This document shows, piece after piece, positions 46,037 through 55,216 of a stretch of DNA of 55,216 bases; position 1 is the first letter of the stretch; each line of letters begins with the position of its first letter. The position numbers and the translations under genes were made by a program. The notes beneath the pieces were generated by a model. The model worked only from the letters and a program-made list of their open reading frames with translations. It had not been told where the DNA came from and did no database searches. Source of the stretch: a virus (taxonomy: Duplodnaviria; Heunggongvirae; Uroviricota; Caudoviricetes); IMG/VR virus record IMGVR_UViG_3300047274_000273, positions 1 through 55,216 of that record; one strand, given 5' to 3'.

Positions 46037-46938
46037 TCACCCTTAGGCCTCGCTGGCCCAGCCCCGACTACGTGATAGATTGGTGGCTGATGAATCACAG
46101 CCGTCGACAGCCCCAGTCATGGCACCCCATACTCTATCAGGGCAACATAGCCCTACCCTGGCTCTCGGACTGCCTACGATTCCTAGATCAAGCACAGGCT
46201 CAGGCCCAACGTCAGGGTCTGGGTCTCACGATCAAATTCACAGGGGGTGAGGTCACAGAGTGGCAGGATTTTCCTGAACTGCTGGCCCAGGCCCATACCA
46301 GGGGTATAAGCACAGAGTTCGTCACTCAGGCCCAGACCCCCGCACTGCTCTGGCAGGAACTCATGATACATGCCCAGGCCGTGACCATGGACTATCATCC
46401 TGGCCTAGCCCAGACCAGTGTGTTCCTGCTTAATCTAGATCGAGCTCTAGCCCAGGGTGTGACAGTACGAGTGAATTTAAACATGACCCGAGAAGCCTGG
46501 GATGACCTGATCGATCTAGAAGCACAGATACGGGCTCGCGATGATCGCGTCGCGGTCTATAGGCATCTGCTGTTTGATGACCCTGTTTTTAATACCCAGC
46601 CCCAGGCCTACAGCCCAGAACAGCTAGCGGCCATGAAAGAACAGCAGTGTGATCTGATCTTGGGTGACCAGCTCACGGACTATACCACCCTGGTCATTGA
46701 AGCTCGCAATCGTTACCAGGGCTGGCAGTGTAGGGCCGGCCTAGATCAATGTATAGTAGATGCTTGGGGTAGGGTCTTCCGTGGCCACTGTAGGTACATG
46801 GGCTACATGGGCAGGATCGCTGACACAGACATCTCGTGGCCCACAGAACCCTTGATCTGTGGTGTAGAGGCCTGTGTCAACGCTTTTGATATAAGATCTG
46901 TTAAACGTCAGCTCGATGCTGCTCAACAGCCAGAGTAA
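46024..46938 (+). CDS. Degenerate radical-SAM-like protein with a Cys-containing SPASM/twitch-like tail
   Basis: FTGGEV and C-terminal CRAG...C...C..C; no CxxxCxxC. Confidence 0.65.
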   Translation: MDGLITLRPRWPSPDYVIDWWLMNHSRRQPQSWHPILYQGNIALPWLSDCLRFLDQAQAQAQRQGLGLTIKFTGGEVTEWQDFPELLAQAHTRGISTEFVTQAQTPALLWQELMIHAQAVTMDYHPGLAQTSVFLLNLDRALAQGVTVRVNLNMTREAWDDLIDLEAQIRARDDRVAVYRHLLFDDPVFNTQPQAYSPEQLAAMKEQQCDLILGDQLTDYTTLVIEARNRYQGWQCRAGLDQCIVDAWGRVFRGHCRYMGYMGRIADTDISWPTEPLICGVEACVNAFDIRSVKRQLDAAQQPE

Positions 46939-47416
46939 GGATCTCTTCCACCATTTTGTTCAAGGTGATGTCGCGATCATGTGCCATCTTCATGATCTGG
47001 AACAGCTCGTGATCTGGAAGATCGATGGGTACCTGTACACGAGTGTCGTAGTCTTGGCCGCTGAGGATAGCTCGAGCCTTGTCCAGCAGGTCTTCTGCTA
47101 GTTCAAGCTCGACGAACTTGATATCGTCCCAGGCCATGTCAGCCCACTCACCGTGTTCGCTGCTTTCCTGCTCGTGAGCAGCGCGGTAATCGGGGTTGGT
47201 CCAGCGATAAGCACGTGAACGGGCATAGTCAAAGGCCTCCAGCTGATAAACGGTCTGTGTGCCTGTGTCAAAGACTATGGTCACGGTATGCCCGTCTTGA
47301 TCTCCGTTCCAACTGTCCAGCCTATAGGCATTTGGACCAAAGCACTGCCAACCGTAGTCACTGCCTTCAGTGATACGAAAGTTCACGGTTTCCATAAAAT
47401 CTCTAAGACTAGTCAT
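46901..47416 (-). CDS. Hypothetical phage protein
   Basis: 171-aa ORF with RBS; C-terminal ribbon-helix-helix-like segment. Confidence 0.7.
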   Translation of the reverse strand: MTSLRDFMETVNFRITEGSDYGWQCFGPNAYRLDSWNGDQDGHTVTIVFDTGTQTVYQLEAFDYARSRAYRWTNPDYRAAHEQESSEHGEWADMAWDDIKFVELELAEDLLDKARAILSGQDYDTRVQVPIDLPDHELFQIMKMAHDRDITLNKMVEEILTLAVEQHRADV

Positions 47417-47428
47417 GTGGTTTCCTTG

Positions 47429-47896
47429 TTAAAAATTGTGTTTGTTAGACTGTGCCCAGCGGATTAGGCTGTAGAGATCCTTGCTGCCACCGGGCATCAG
47501 CTTCTTGCGCCAACTGTAGTCACAGTGTAGGCTCTTGTCCTTGAACAAGCGGGCCTTGAAACGAGTACCGGGCTTGGTCACGGTGATATCGTATTCATAG
47601 CCGTAGCCATGCCAGGAACTGCGCATCTTATCGCCACGGAAGGCTCGGATATGATAGCCTTCTGGAGTGCGGACTAGGAAGCCCGTGCCTCCGATCTTGG
47701 GGTTGGGATGTGCCACAGCTTCCCAGGTGTAGCCTTCGCAGACTTCTTGGATCTCTCGGCGATCTTCAGCTTCTTTGTGTAGGGCTACTAGCCTGTTGCC
47801 GATCTGTTGCATGTCGCGAGCAGTGAGACCCATGAGTTGGGCCTGGACTAGGATGCGTTCCTGCTTTTCGGACAGTTTTGCACGTTCACGAGCCAT
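47429..47896 (-). CDS. Hypothetical protein
   Basis: Promoter at 47951 upstream. Confidence 0.65.
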   Translation of the reverse strand: MARERAKLSEKQERILVQAQLMGLTARDMQQIGNRLVALHKEAEDRREIQEVCEGYTWEAVAHPNPKIGGTGFLVRTPEGYHIRAFRGDKMRSSWHGYGYEYDITVTKPGTRFKARLFKDKSLHCDYSWRKKLMPGGSKDLYSLIRWAQSNKHNF

Positions 47897-47952
47897 TTTG
47901 TTACCTTCTGTGTGTTAGTATGGTTATACTATAACAGAATTTTCACGGACTG

Positions 47953-48198
47953 TCAAGCGATCCTGCGTTCAGAGCGTTCTTTGCAGTAGATACAGAGTTG
48001 TACACCCGGAACTAACTTTCGACGCTGTTCGGGTATGTCTTCTCCGCACTCGATACAGGACTCAGCTGAAGGCATCTCGGCCTGTTTGGCCAATTGATTC
48101 CTCACAGCATCTACGGCGTTTTGATTAGTGAACAGAGCCTGTATCTGTGCGATCTCAGCTTCTTCTTCGTTATTATACTCAAATACTTCTTGAGACAC
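47953..48198 (-). CDS. TraR/DksA C4-type zinc-finger protein
   Basis: CIECGEDIPEQRRKLVPGVQLCIYC; GTG start after AGGAG. Confidence 0.88.
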   Translation of the reverse strand: MSQEVFEYNNEEEAEIAQIQALFTNQNAVDAVRNQLAKQAEMPSAESCIECGEDIPEQRRKLVPGVQLCIYCKERSERRIA

Positions 48199-48200
48199 AG

Positions 48201-48467
48201 TTACTCCTTGTCTGATGTTTTGATTGTAGTTAGTAGACTGTTGCGATGTTCTTGATATTTGGCCCAAGAACTTTTAAAAGCATCCCATATGGCCCATTTC
48301 GTAAAGTAAAAACCAAAAATCGATATAGAAATGCCCAGGATAACGGTCTGTGCCATGCCTTCAGCACTCCATCCTGCACCCAGACAGAACATGGCAAAGA
48401 TCCACCACTTCTGCCAGGTCTCCTGTTGTTGCCATGTCCACCGAGCCCATCCAAAAAATTCACGCAT
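48201..48467 (-). CDS. Membrane protein
   Basis: Two TM segments, Trp-rich. Confidence 0.6.
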   Translation of the reverse strand: MREFFGWARWTWQQQETWQKWWIFAMFCLGAGWSAEGMAQTVILGISISIFGFYFTKWAIWDAFKSSWAKYQEHRNSLLTTIKTSDKE

Positions 48468-48471
48468 AATT

Positions 48472-48711
48472 TCAATCTTTCTTTTTAAGTTGATCTATGA
48501 CCTGTTGTTTGGCACGATCGTTGAGATCGTGATCTTCTGCTTCTTTCATTTTGTAAGCGATCATGTTCATGAACTCTATGACAGCTTCTTTGCCTTCTTC
48601 GGTGAGATGGCTATAGCCTGCACCGACAGATGAATGATAATAGTAGTTGCGATTGTTTAATAACTCTAGCATACCACCATAGCAGAGATCTTTGATAGCA
48701 GACTTTTTCAT
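48472..48711 (-). CDS. Hypothetical protein
   Basis: ATG just after the ligase stop. Confidence 0.6.
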   Translation of the reverse strand: MKKSAIKDLCYGGMLELLNNRNYYYHSSVGAGYSHLTEEGKEAVIEFMNMIAYKMKEAEDHDLNDRAKQQVIDQLKKKD

Positions 48712-48712
48712 C

Positions 48713-50041
48713 TTAGATTTTTTCACCTCTCGTAAAGCCACGGAATCTAAGGAACCGTGGAAAGCGTAGCGACCAAGTGTCTTCACTATCTTGGCTCCGA
48801 GTCGCTGCATCTGCACGGACCTCCACGACCTGCCCAATGAGGCTATCTCGAGTCTCCCAAAATTCTGTTCTCTGTTCGTCTGTAAAACCCGAACCAACAT
48901 TGACCACAATTCTTTTATCATCATCGGTTCCTTCACATACGATAGCACCCAGCTTACCTACATTACGTCCTGTACCTTCTTCCACAGCAGTCACCGAAAG
49001 GCTTACTTCGATAAACGGCTTTTGTTTCAACCAGGCCACTGATCGCTTGCCTTGCCACTTGCCGTTGGGGTCCTTGATAAGGATTCCTTCAAAGCCCTGT
49101 TCAACCATGGCCTTGTTATAGTCTTTGAATTCGATTTCGTCTGTGAAAACATCAAGATCAAATTCTCGCTGCGGGATGATATCGATACAACCCGAATCGT
49201 TAAAAATCTTAGTGAAATTCTCACGTAGGAACGATGAACGCCGACGCTGTCCCATGATGGATTCACCTGCTTTGAATTCTACCAACGGTATGATATCAAA
49301 CAAACAGAGCCTAGCATCTGATGCATTAACGTTCTCTTTGCGATGCACGGTCTTCATAAGATCCTGGAAGCTCTTAGACACTACTTCACCATCGAACAAA
49401 TACGACCTAGCGAAGTTATCCATGTTATCTTCAAAGGCCTTGACGATGTGAGGAAAGTTTACTAATTCTTTACCGTTTCGTGTATACATGACCACAGTAC
49501 GACTTTCATAGTCTACCACGGTGAGCACACGAACACCATCTAGCTTAGGCTCTACTAGTTTCTTGCCTGTGATTTTACTTTCATGATTGGCACCATCATG
49601 CGCCAGCATACATTCAAATACAGGAATACTATACTGTGTCTTTTTTTGCTTTTTAGCCACAGTATTAACTGACTTTTCACCAAAACCTGCTCGCATGTCC
49701 TTAATAAGAATGCGACGGTACCAATCATTCCACTGTTGTTTGGTAGCCACATCCATGGCCAATTTGATAGCATCACGTGCGGCATGCCCTGTGAGCTCTC
49801 GACGATACAGGGCTTCGGCTAGCTGTTTGAAATTTGGCCACGAAAGACCTTGTCCGCCTTCTTCAATCTTTTCGGGAACCTGTTTAACACCAAAGGTATA
49901 GAGTTTATCTAAGGCCATTTTGAGTCCTTCAAAGAATTCATCAAGGCCTTCGTCCATAGCTTCAGCCAATATAGCTTCTTTGGCTAGACGACTATTGTCT
50001 GCTTCTAAACGTTGGATAATTGTTTGTGGCTGTGTTCGCAT
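48713..50041 (-). CDS. ATP-dependent DNA ligase
   Basis: EPKLDGVR, FDGEV, EGILIK, WLKQK, LRFPRF. Confidence 0.95.
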   Translation of the reverse strand: MRTQPQTIIQRLEADNSRLAKEAILAEAMDEGLDEFFEGLKMALDKLYTFGVKQVPEKIEEGGQGLSWPNFKQLAEALYRRELTGHAARDAIKLAMDVATKQQWNDWYRRILIKDMRAGFGEKSVNTVAKKQKKTQYSIPVFECMLAHDGANHESKITGKKLVEPKLDGVRVLTVVDYESRTVVMYTRNGKELVNFPHIVKAFEDNMDNFARSYLFDGEVVSKSFQDLMKTVHRKENVNASDARLCLFDIIPLVEFKAGESIMGQRRRSSFLRENFTKIFNDSGCIDIIPQREFDLDVFTDEIEFKDYNKAMVEQGFEGILIKDPNGKWQGKRSVAWLKQKPFIEVSLSVTAVEEGTGRNVGKLGAIVCEGTDDDKRIVVNVGSGFTDEQRTEFWETRDSLIGQVVEVRADAATRSQDSEDTWSLRFPRFLRFRGFTRGEKI

Positions 50042-50108
50042 CTTAGCCTCTGCTCCTAAGTTTTACTATATCAATAGTATAGCATCTTAGGAGCAGTCTG
50101 TCAACGGC

Positions 50109-51146
50109 TTATTGATCTTCCAAAGGAACCGATTTCTTATAGTTCATATGGACCTGTTCTGGGCCCGTAGTGGTTGGACGAGCATCCTCTTTTGGAACAC
50201 GGGCGGGCGGCTCATAGTTCCAATATGGACGATCTTGAACTTCTTCCTGTTCGTCTTCTGCCCAACCTTCGAACAGAGCATGAGCAGGATCTTGATAGGC
50301 CTGTAACTGACTTTTGTGGACAAAGAATCTTTCCATTTCTCTAGGAAACTTGTGCCAAAGTCTACCCGCAGGCTTACCTGTGCTCAGCGTGGGCACATAA
50401 TCACGATCATAAAACCAATCGTAGATCATTTGGCAGTTCCAATTGAAGCGGATCGGCTGATGCTCAACCATTTCTAATTGTACCACAGGAAGATATTTCA
50501 AGATAGTCTGTTCAGCACCCTGCACCACATCGAACTCGTGACCTTCGACATCGATCTTGATGATATCAACATCTTCAAATCCATAGCTGTCTAGAGTTCT
50601 CAATTCCACCTCGACCGTAGGAGGCTCTGTAGGTCGAGTTCTGATCTGACCAGTTCTAGTCGGTAGATGTAGGTTATCCAAATAGTTATGTCCAGCGTTG
50701 TCTTTCTTGATGATTATCTTGCTCTTGCCCGGGGCAGAGCTGAGAGCGACATCGTACATATGGATGTCTGCTGTGACTGTGGTATCTGCATAGCCTGTGG
50801 GGCTGGTAGTATCTTCGTACCAGCCTTTGGCTGAACCTCCCTGTGCCTGTGCTAGAGCTACTGTTCTAGTCAGCATAGAATGTGTCTGTGGTGTAGGCTC
50901 AAAACTATGAACTGTCTTGGCCCAAGTCGCGTACTCGATGGTATTCATACCAATATTCGCACCCACATCAATGATAGTACGAGCATTTGGTTTTAGATCA
51001 CGCAGCCTGATCAGATTTTTCTTTTGATAGGGGCCTGCATTGGCAATGCGTTGTTGATAGAACACATCATCGGAATAGATCCAGTACTGGCGTCCGTGGG
51101 TGTTCGTTACTAGAGACTCCGCAAAGGGAGTGAGAGGCTTTGACAT
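50109..51146 (-). CDS. FkbM-family methyltransferase
   Basis: IIDVGANIG, HSFEP, IKIDVEGHE. Confidence 0.88.
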   Translation of the reverse strand: MSKPLTPFAESLVTNTHGRQYWIYSDDVFYQQRIANAGPYQKKNLIRLRDLKPNARTIIDVGANIGMNTIEYATWAKTVHSFEPTPQTHSMLTRTVALAQAQGGSAKGWYEDTTSPTGYADTTVTADIHMYDVALSSAPGKSKIIIKKDNAGHNYLDNLHLPTRTGQIRTRPTEPPTVEVELRTLDSYGFEDVDIIKIDVEGHEFDVVQGAEQTILKYLPVVQLEMVEHQPIRFNWNCQMIYDWFYDRDYVPTLSTGKPAGRLWHKFPREMERFFVHKSQLQAYQDPAHALFEGWAEDEQEEVQDRPYWNYEPPARVPKEDARPTTTGPEQVHMNYKKSVPLEDQ

Positions 51147-51255
51147 ATTTTTCTCCTTGGTGTCGTTTACACAATGCTTCCCAAACGTGGGAACAAGGTT
51201 GTGTTGTATTGCGTTTTTATTTATGATTCGTACCGTTATTCAAAGAAATTTGCTA

Positions 51256-51780
51256 TCAATCTTCGACGTCAAAGATCGAGTTGAACATCTGATCAGTTAC
51301 TCTAGGCTTTTTAGCGATCTTTCGTTCGTCTCGAATATTACCAATTGGTAGATATCCAAAAGATCTTGCATGAAGATCTAGCAAAACTCGTTCGCACTCT
51401 AGAACTTCTTCTTTTGGACAATCCTGTACGGCGAACGGATAGCCAGTCATATCCCAGATCTTTATACAGACATTGGATTTATTGATGCCCGGAAAATGTT
51501 TGATAACATCTAGCATATCGTTACCGGCACTTTTTGGACTAGGCTTGGTAGGCCAACCTGGAATTTGAAATGCCTGTCGATATACCCTTTCACCATAACT
51601 GCCTCTCATCCAATCGTTGTCAGCACTCATGCCATATTTCATGACAACATTGTTGTAGAGAAATGCATAGGTATAGTATTTGATGCCAGCATTCTTCATT
51701 TCGGTTTTGATCTGTGCCGCATGCAGACATTGATTCAAGTCTATGATCGCGGTAGGTAGTTTTGAAATGTCAATGGTCAT
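51256..51780 (-). CDS. GIY-YIG-like protein
   Basis: YYTYAF...MKYGMS...ERVYRQ...ERVLL..GN. Confidence 0.45.
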   Translation of the reverse strand: MTIDISKLPTAIIDLNQCLHAAQIKTEMKNAGIKYYTYAFLYNNVVMKYGMSADNDWMRGSYGERVYRQAFQIPGWPTKPSPKSAGNDMLDVIKHFPGINKSNVCIKIWDMTGYPFAVQDCPKEEVLECERVLLDLHARSFGYLPIGNIRDERKIAKKPRVTDQMFNSIFDVED

Positions 51781-52169
51781 TTGGTTTCATCCTTTGAAAT
51801 CTTATAGCCCACATCGTCTTGTGTGATCGGAAAGTTTGCTGATAAAGGAGAGATATGGAACCTCCATCCAGCTATGGTTTGATTGACCTGTTCTATGATC
51901 TGATCGAGACCTTTGTCTTCGACCCATTCGCTCTCTCCTAGTTTATCGCTGGCGATATCCCAATGATAATGATTTTTAAGAGCTTGTTCGAGCTTGTCAA
52001 TTTGTTCAGCAGGCCCTTCCCACACATAGTCAAAGCATGCTCTATGACGTTTAGCACTATAGGCGCATTGATAGGTGCCTAGGCGAGATTTAGGATTGCT
52101 GGTAATACCAATTTTAACATCCAAAGACCCCATAGGGTCTTTGAACGCATATAGCCATTTCTTTGCCAT
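51777..52169 (-). CDS. T5orf172/GIY-YIG-like nuclease
   Basis: WLYAF...VKIGITSNPKSRL..YQ...LEQALK...SEW. Confidence 0.7.
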   Translation of the reverse strand: MAKKWLYAFKDPMGSLDVKIGITSNPKSRLGTYQCAYSAKRHRACFDYVWEGPAEQIDKLEQALKNHYHWDIASDKLGESEWVEDKGLDQIIEQVNQTIAGWRFHISPLSANFPITQDDVGYKISKDETK

Positions 52170-53395
52170 TACACACTCCAAACATAGTCTGCTTGGGGAA
52201 TAACAGCCAATCGGCCACAGTTCTGATTGTACAGATTGATCAGACCATTCATAACGATTTCTGTGTCGTTCTTGAGCAATCTGCCGCGACCTAGATTATT
52301 CGTGATGGCATTTTCATAACTTCTCTTGATGGCCAACTGCGAAGTTTCTGGATCACCATACTTGTTGGCGAGAATCGTTTCGAGCTCTTTGTCAAAGTCA
52401 TCGTCAAGCTCGTAATCGCCATGTTCAAATGCCTGATACAGATAACTCATTGGACGGAAGATCTCAAGAGTTAACGGAGCCATCGGCCACACTGTGCGAT
52501 GGAACTCTAGGGCGTGTTTCCAAAACACACCATTGCTGGCTTTGCCGTTGCCCAGCAGAAGGTCATAGCATTCTTCTCCAGAATTGATCTGTGTCCACGA
52601 TCCCGGAATCTTTGCCTTGCGTTTGATCACGCAGTTGGTAGTTTGAATGATACGATCTATCTTGATAGCTTTAGTATCACGTGTGTCAAATTGTATCATG
52701 AAACGGTCATAGTGTTCAAGACCACGCTTGTTAGTAGAGTTGATACGGATCATGTTCCGTCCTGCTAACCAGCAGCCGTATTGGATACGTCCTTCTTCTG
52801 TGTCAGCGAACCCTGCTGCTGTAACGACCTTGCCGTCGACTTCGTCAATATCGATATACCATACAGGAAACTCTGAATAGTTGCGCAAGCGAGCAGTCTG
52901 TACAGTGTGATGCCCGTCCCAAAGGCAGTAATAAACTTTTCCTTCCCAGGTAAACTTGATCGCGCAGGGAATGATCACAGCAGTGTCGTCCCAGTCTTTG
53001 TAAATCTTAGCCACATGCTTGGGGGCTAGATCACGCTGGAAGATGGAATATAGAAACAGTTCGTCCCACTTAACATAACCAAACTTAGGACGGAGCCCGT
53101 CACCTTTGACTTCTGCGTTGAAAACCAAATAGCCGTTGTTGCTAACGTTGGGTTGAAACTTGTTAGGATTATAATTAGGACCTAGAACACAAAGCAGTGC
53201 TTGATGAATGTCTTCTAGCGGAATGATTCCGTGAGTCACGGAATAGTTTTGACTCATCGTGCGCAGATCGATGATATCTGATTCAATATCAAACTTTATC
53301 TGGTAGTTGAGTAAAAAGTTACGAATTGCTGTCTTTTGATTCCAGACAGGCGTCCGTTGTTTGCTGGCGATCAGCGCCGCGGTTTGAGTTTTCAT
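52169..53395 (-). CDS. ParB-like (DGQH-type) domain protein
   Basis: FQRDL..KHVAKI...WDGHHT...RINS. Confidence 0.65.
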   Translation of the reverse strand: MKTQTAALIASKQRTPVWNQKTAIRNFLLNYQIKFDIESDIIDLRTMSQNYSVTHGIIPLEDIHQALLCVLGPNYNPNKFQPNVSNNGYLVFNAEVKGDGLRPKFGYVKWDELFLYSIFQRDLAPKHVAKIYKDWDDTAVIIPCAIKFTWEGKVYYCLWDGHHTVQTARLRNYSEFPVWYIDIDEVDGKVVTAAGFADTEEGRIQYGCWLAGRNMIRINSTNKRGLEHYDRFMIQFDTRDTKAIKIDRIIQTTNCVIKRKAKIPGSWTQINSGEECYDLLLGNGKASNGVFWKHALEFHRTVWPMAPLTLEIFRPMSYLYQAFEHGDYELDDDFDKELETILANKYGDPETSQLAIKRSYENAITNNLGRGRLLKNDTEIVMNGLINLYNQNCGRLAVIPQADYVWSV

Positions 53396-53505
53396 ATTTT
53401 TCCTTTGTCATTTGTAGAACAAAATTTTGTGCTAAGCCTACTTCAACCGTTTCGGCGCACAGTACATACTTTAACAGGACCCGAAGGTCCTGTCAAGCTG
53501 TCAAT

Positions 53506-54024
53506 TTACTCAATACCCAGGTAGTCTGCCCAACTTGGGTGATGGATATGATAACCTCGTTTCTTACGTTTGGCTACCAAATCCCAGAAGTGAGGCTTAT
53601 AAGGAGCCTGTTTTGGCTTCATCTTACCCACATGAGCAGCCTTACGATAGTTACAGGGCTTACAGGCTGTGGTAGAGTTTTCCCACGTGGTCTTGCCGCC
53701 TAAGCTCACAGGATGCACATGGTCTAATGTCGCAGTGGATTCTGTGACTTCACAGCCACAGTATTGGCAGGTGTACTCATCTCGCAAGAACACATTGCGT
53801 TTTGAAAGACGCATAGTATGTTTTGGTTTTTGGTATTCTTTGAGCAGCAGAACAGCAGGCACGGGAGTTTCCCAACGTGCTGAACGAACGATCCAATCAT
53901 TGTGCCATTCTAGAACTTCGGCCTTGTCCAAGACCATGTAGCGTATGGCTTCCTGCCAATCCACAATAGACAGTGGAAGCAGGCTGATTGGTTGCATGTC
54001 TGCGTTTAATAATAGTGTACTCAT
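53506..54024 (-). CDS. HNH endonuclease
   Basis: RNVFLRD..TCQYCG...TLDHVHP..GG...WEN..TAC..CN. Confidence 0.92.
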   Translation of the reverse strand: MSTLLLNADMQPISLLPLSIVDWQEAIRYMVLDKAEVLEWHNDWIVRSARWETPVPAVLLLKEYQKPKHTMRLSKRNVFLRDEYTCQYCGCEVTESTATLDHVHPVSLGGKTTWENSTTACKPCNYRKAAHVGKMKPKQAPYKPHFWDLVAKRKKRGYHIHHPSWADYLGIE

Positions 54025-54117
54025 GATTGTATTGCTCGAAGACAAAGTATTTAAGCCAATTCATATTATATACTCAGATAACGTCATTGTAAAGCTGTTT
54101 TTATCATAAGTACGATT

Positions 54118-54927
54118 ATGAGCAAATTTAAAAGATTAGTGGCCTACGGCTGTAGTTTCACCCAAGGTGGCGAACTCGTAGACGAAGATTGGTTTCCCGG
54201 AGCTGAAGAATTTAAAAAATCAAAAGGTATGTCTAAGTTCAACGATTTAACAAAAACGAAATTAGGCAATGAGGGAAAATTATGGGAATACCTCAATGAT
54301 TCAAAAAAGTTTTCCTGGGCGAATATTCTAGCAGAAAAAATGAATCTAGAATGTTCAAATCTGGCCGTGCCCGGAAATAGTATGTTAAGGTTAGTCTATC
54401 AGATAGAAAAAGATCTTTCCGAGAGCAATATAACTTCAGAAGATTTAATCGTAATCGGATTAACCACTCCTAATCGTTTATGTTGGTTGAGAGAAATAAA
54501 TTCTTCTATAAACCCGGCGAACATGCATCTTGCATGGCCAGATTCATTTCCTAAAGAATTGAAATCAGGCCATGAATATTTCGTTACTTGGTTTAACCTA
54601 GAAACTTCAAAATTCTTTCAAACAATCTTATTATCTCACCTGTTACGTCTTGCCAATACTACTCTATCGGGTAGGCTTTATTTTGTGGAATGTTATCCAT
54701 TTGAAGGTTTCCGAGGTATGCAAGATAATCATTGCGAAGAATATAACAGAGTCATCCAACGGATTTTTTCAGAATTCAAATCTTCAGGATTGATACTTTC
54801 TACATACAACCTGTTTGAAAAAACATCATTGAGCGACATACATGCAGGAGGTCATCCAATGCGACATATACACGATCGGTGGGCCAAACACATTTATGAA
54901 AATTGTCAAAAACTAGGTTTGACTTAG
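54118..54927 (+). CDS. SGNH-hydrolase-like protein
   Basis: AYGCSFT, NLAVPGNS, GGHP. Confidence 0.6.
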   Translation: MSKFKRLVAYGCSFTQGGELVDEDWFPGAEEFKKSKGMSKFNDLTKTKLGNEGKLWEYLNDSKKFSWANILAEKMNLECSNLAVPGNSMLRLVYQIEKDLSESNITSEDLIVIGLTTPNRLCWLREINSSINPANMHLAWPDSFPKELKSGHEYFVTWFNLETSKFFQTILLSHLLRLANTTLSGRLYFVECYPFEGFRGMQDNHCEEYNRVIQRIFSEFKSSGLILSTYNLFEKTSLSDIHAGGHPMRHIHDRWAKHIYENCQKLGLT

Positions 54928-54970
54928 AACAACAAATACTTTATAATAAACAGATCTATAAGGAATAAAC

Positions 54971-55216
54971 ATGACACTAGTACCAATGGTAGTTGAATCA
55001 ACATCAAAGGGTGAACGTGCTTTTGATATCTATAGCAGACTTCTAAAAGAGCGGATCATCATGCTGAATGGCCCAGTCGAGGACAATATGGCAAATTTGA
55101 TTGTTGCCCAATTATTGTTTCTCGAAAGCGAAAACCCAGATAAGGATATCAATTTATTCATCAATAGCCCGGGCGGAGTAGTCACTGCGGGACTGGCGAT
55201 TTACGACACTATACAG
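54971..55216 (+). CDS. clpP: ATP-dependent Clp protease proteolytic subunit (3'-partial)
   Basis: LVPMVVE...[17 protein letters not shown]...INSPGG; runs off the window end. Confidence 0.95.
   Translation, partial: MTLVPMVVESTSKGERAFDIYSRLLKERIIMLNGPVEDNMANLIVAQLLFLESENPDKDINLFINSPGGVVTAGLAIYDTIQ

Overview
This is a fragment of a large lytic dsDNA phage genome with T4-like replication genes, read in the standard genetic code; the host is probably proteobacterial (inference). There are three zones. (1) 1-19 kb is AT-rich and holds glycan-modifying enzymes and core replication genes: UvsW-like helicase, gp62-like clamp-loader subunit, primase, gp41-like helicase, a 192-aa DnaE-like protein, a frameshifted carbamoyltransferase and a Pol-beta nucleotidyltransferase. 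(2) About 22-47 kb is GC-richer. It contains a ferritin-like/cupin/sulfotransferase-like cassette and a 17-kb minus-strand early region with 22 GGTTGAC-N17-TA(T/C)A(A/C)T-type promoters, many small genes, a MoxR/VWA pair, a GcrA-like protein and three tRNAs. (3) 47-55 kb holds a TraR/DksA-like protein, DNA ligase, a ParB-like/GIY-YIG/FkbM cassette, an HNH nuclease and a partial ClpP. The most striking signal is regulatory. Eleven early leaders share AGGAGCGA, and two other transcripts carry conserved 3' hairpins that display the complement (AUUCGCUCC) in their loops, while several late-type (TAAATA) genes look leaderless. This suggests an RNA-based early-gene shut-off, which is untested inference. 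Protein calls come from motif recognition by eye; no database searches were run.
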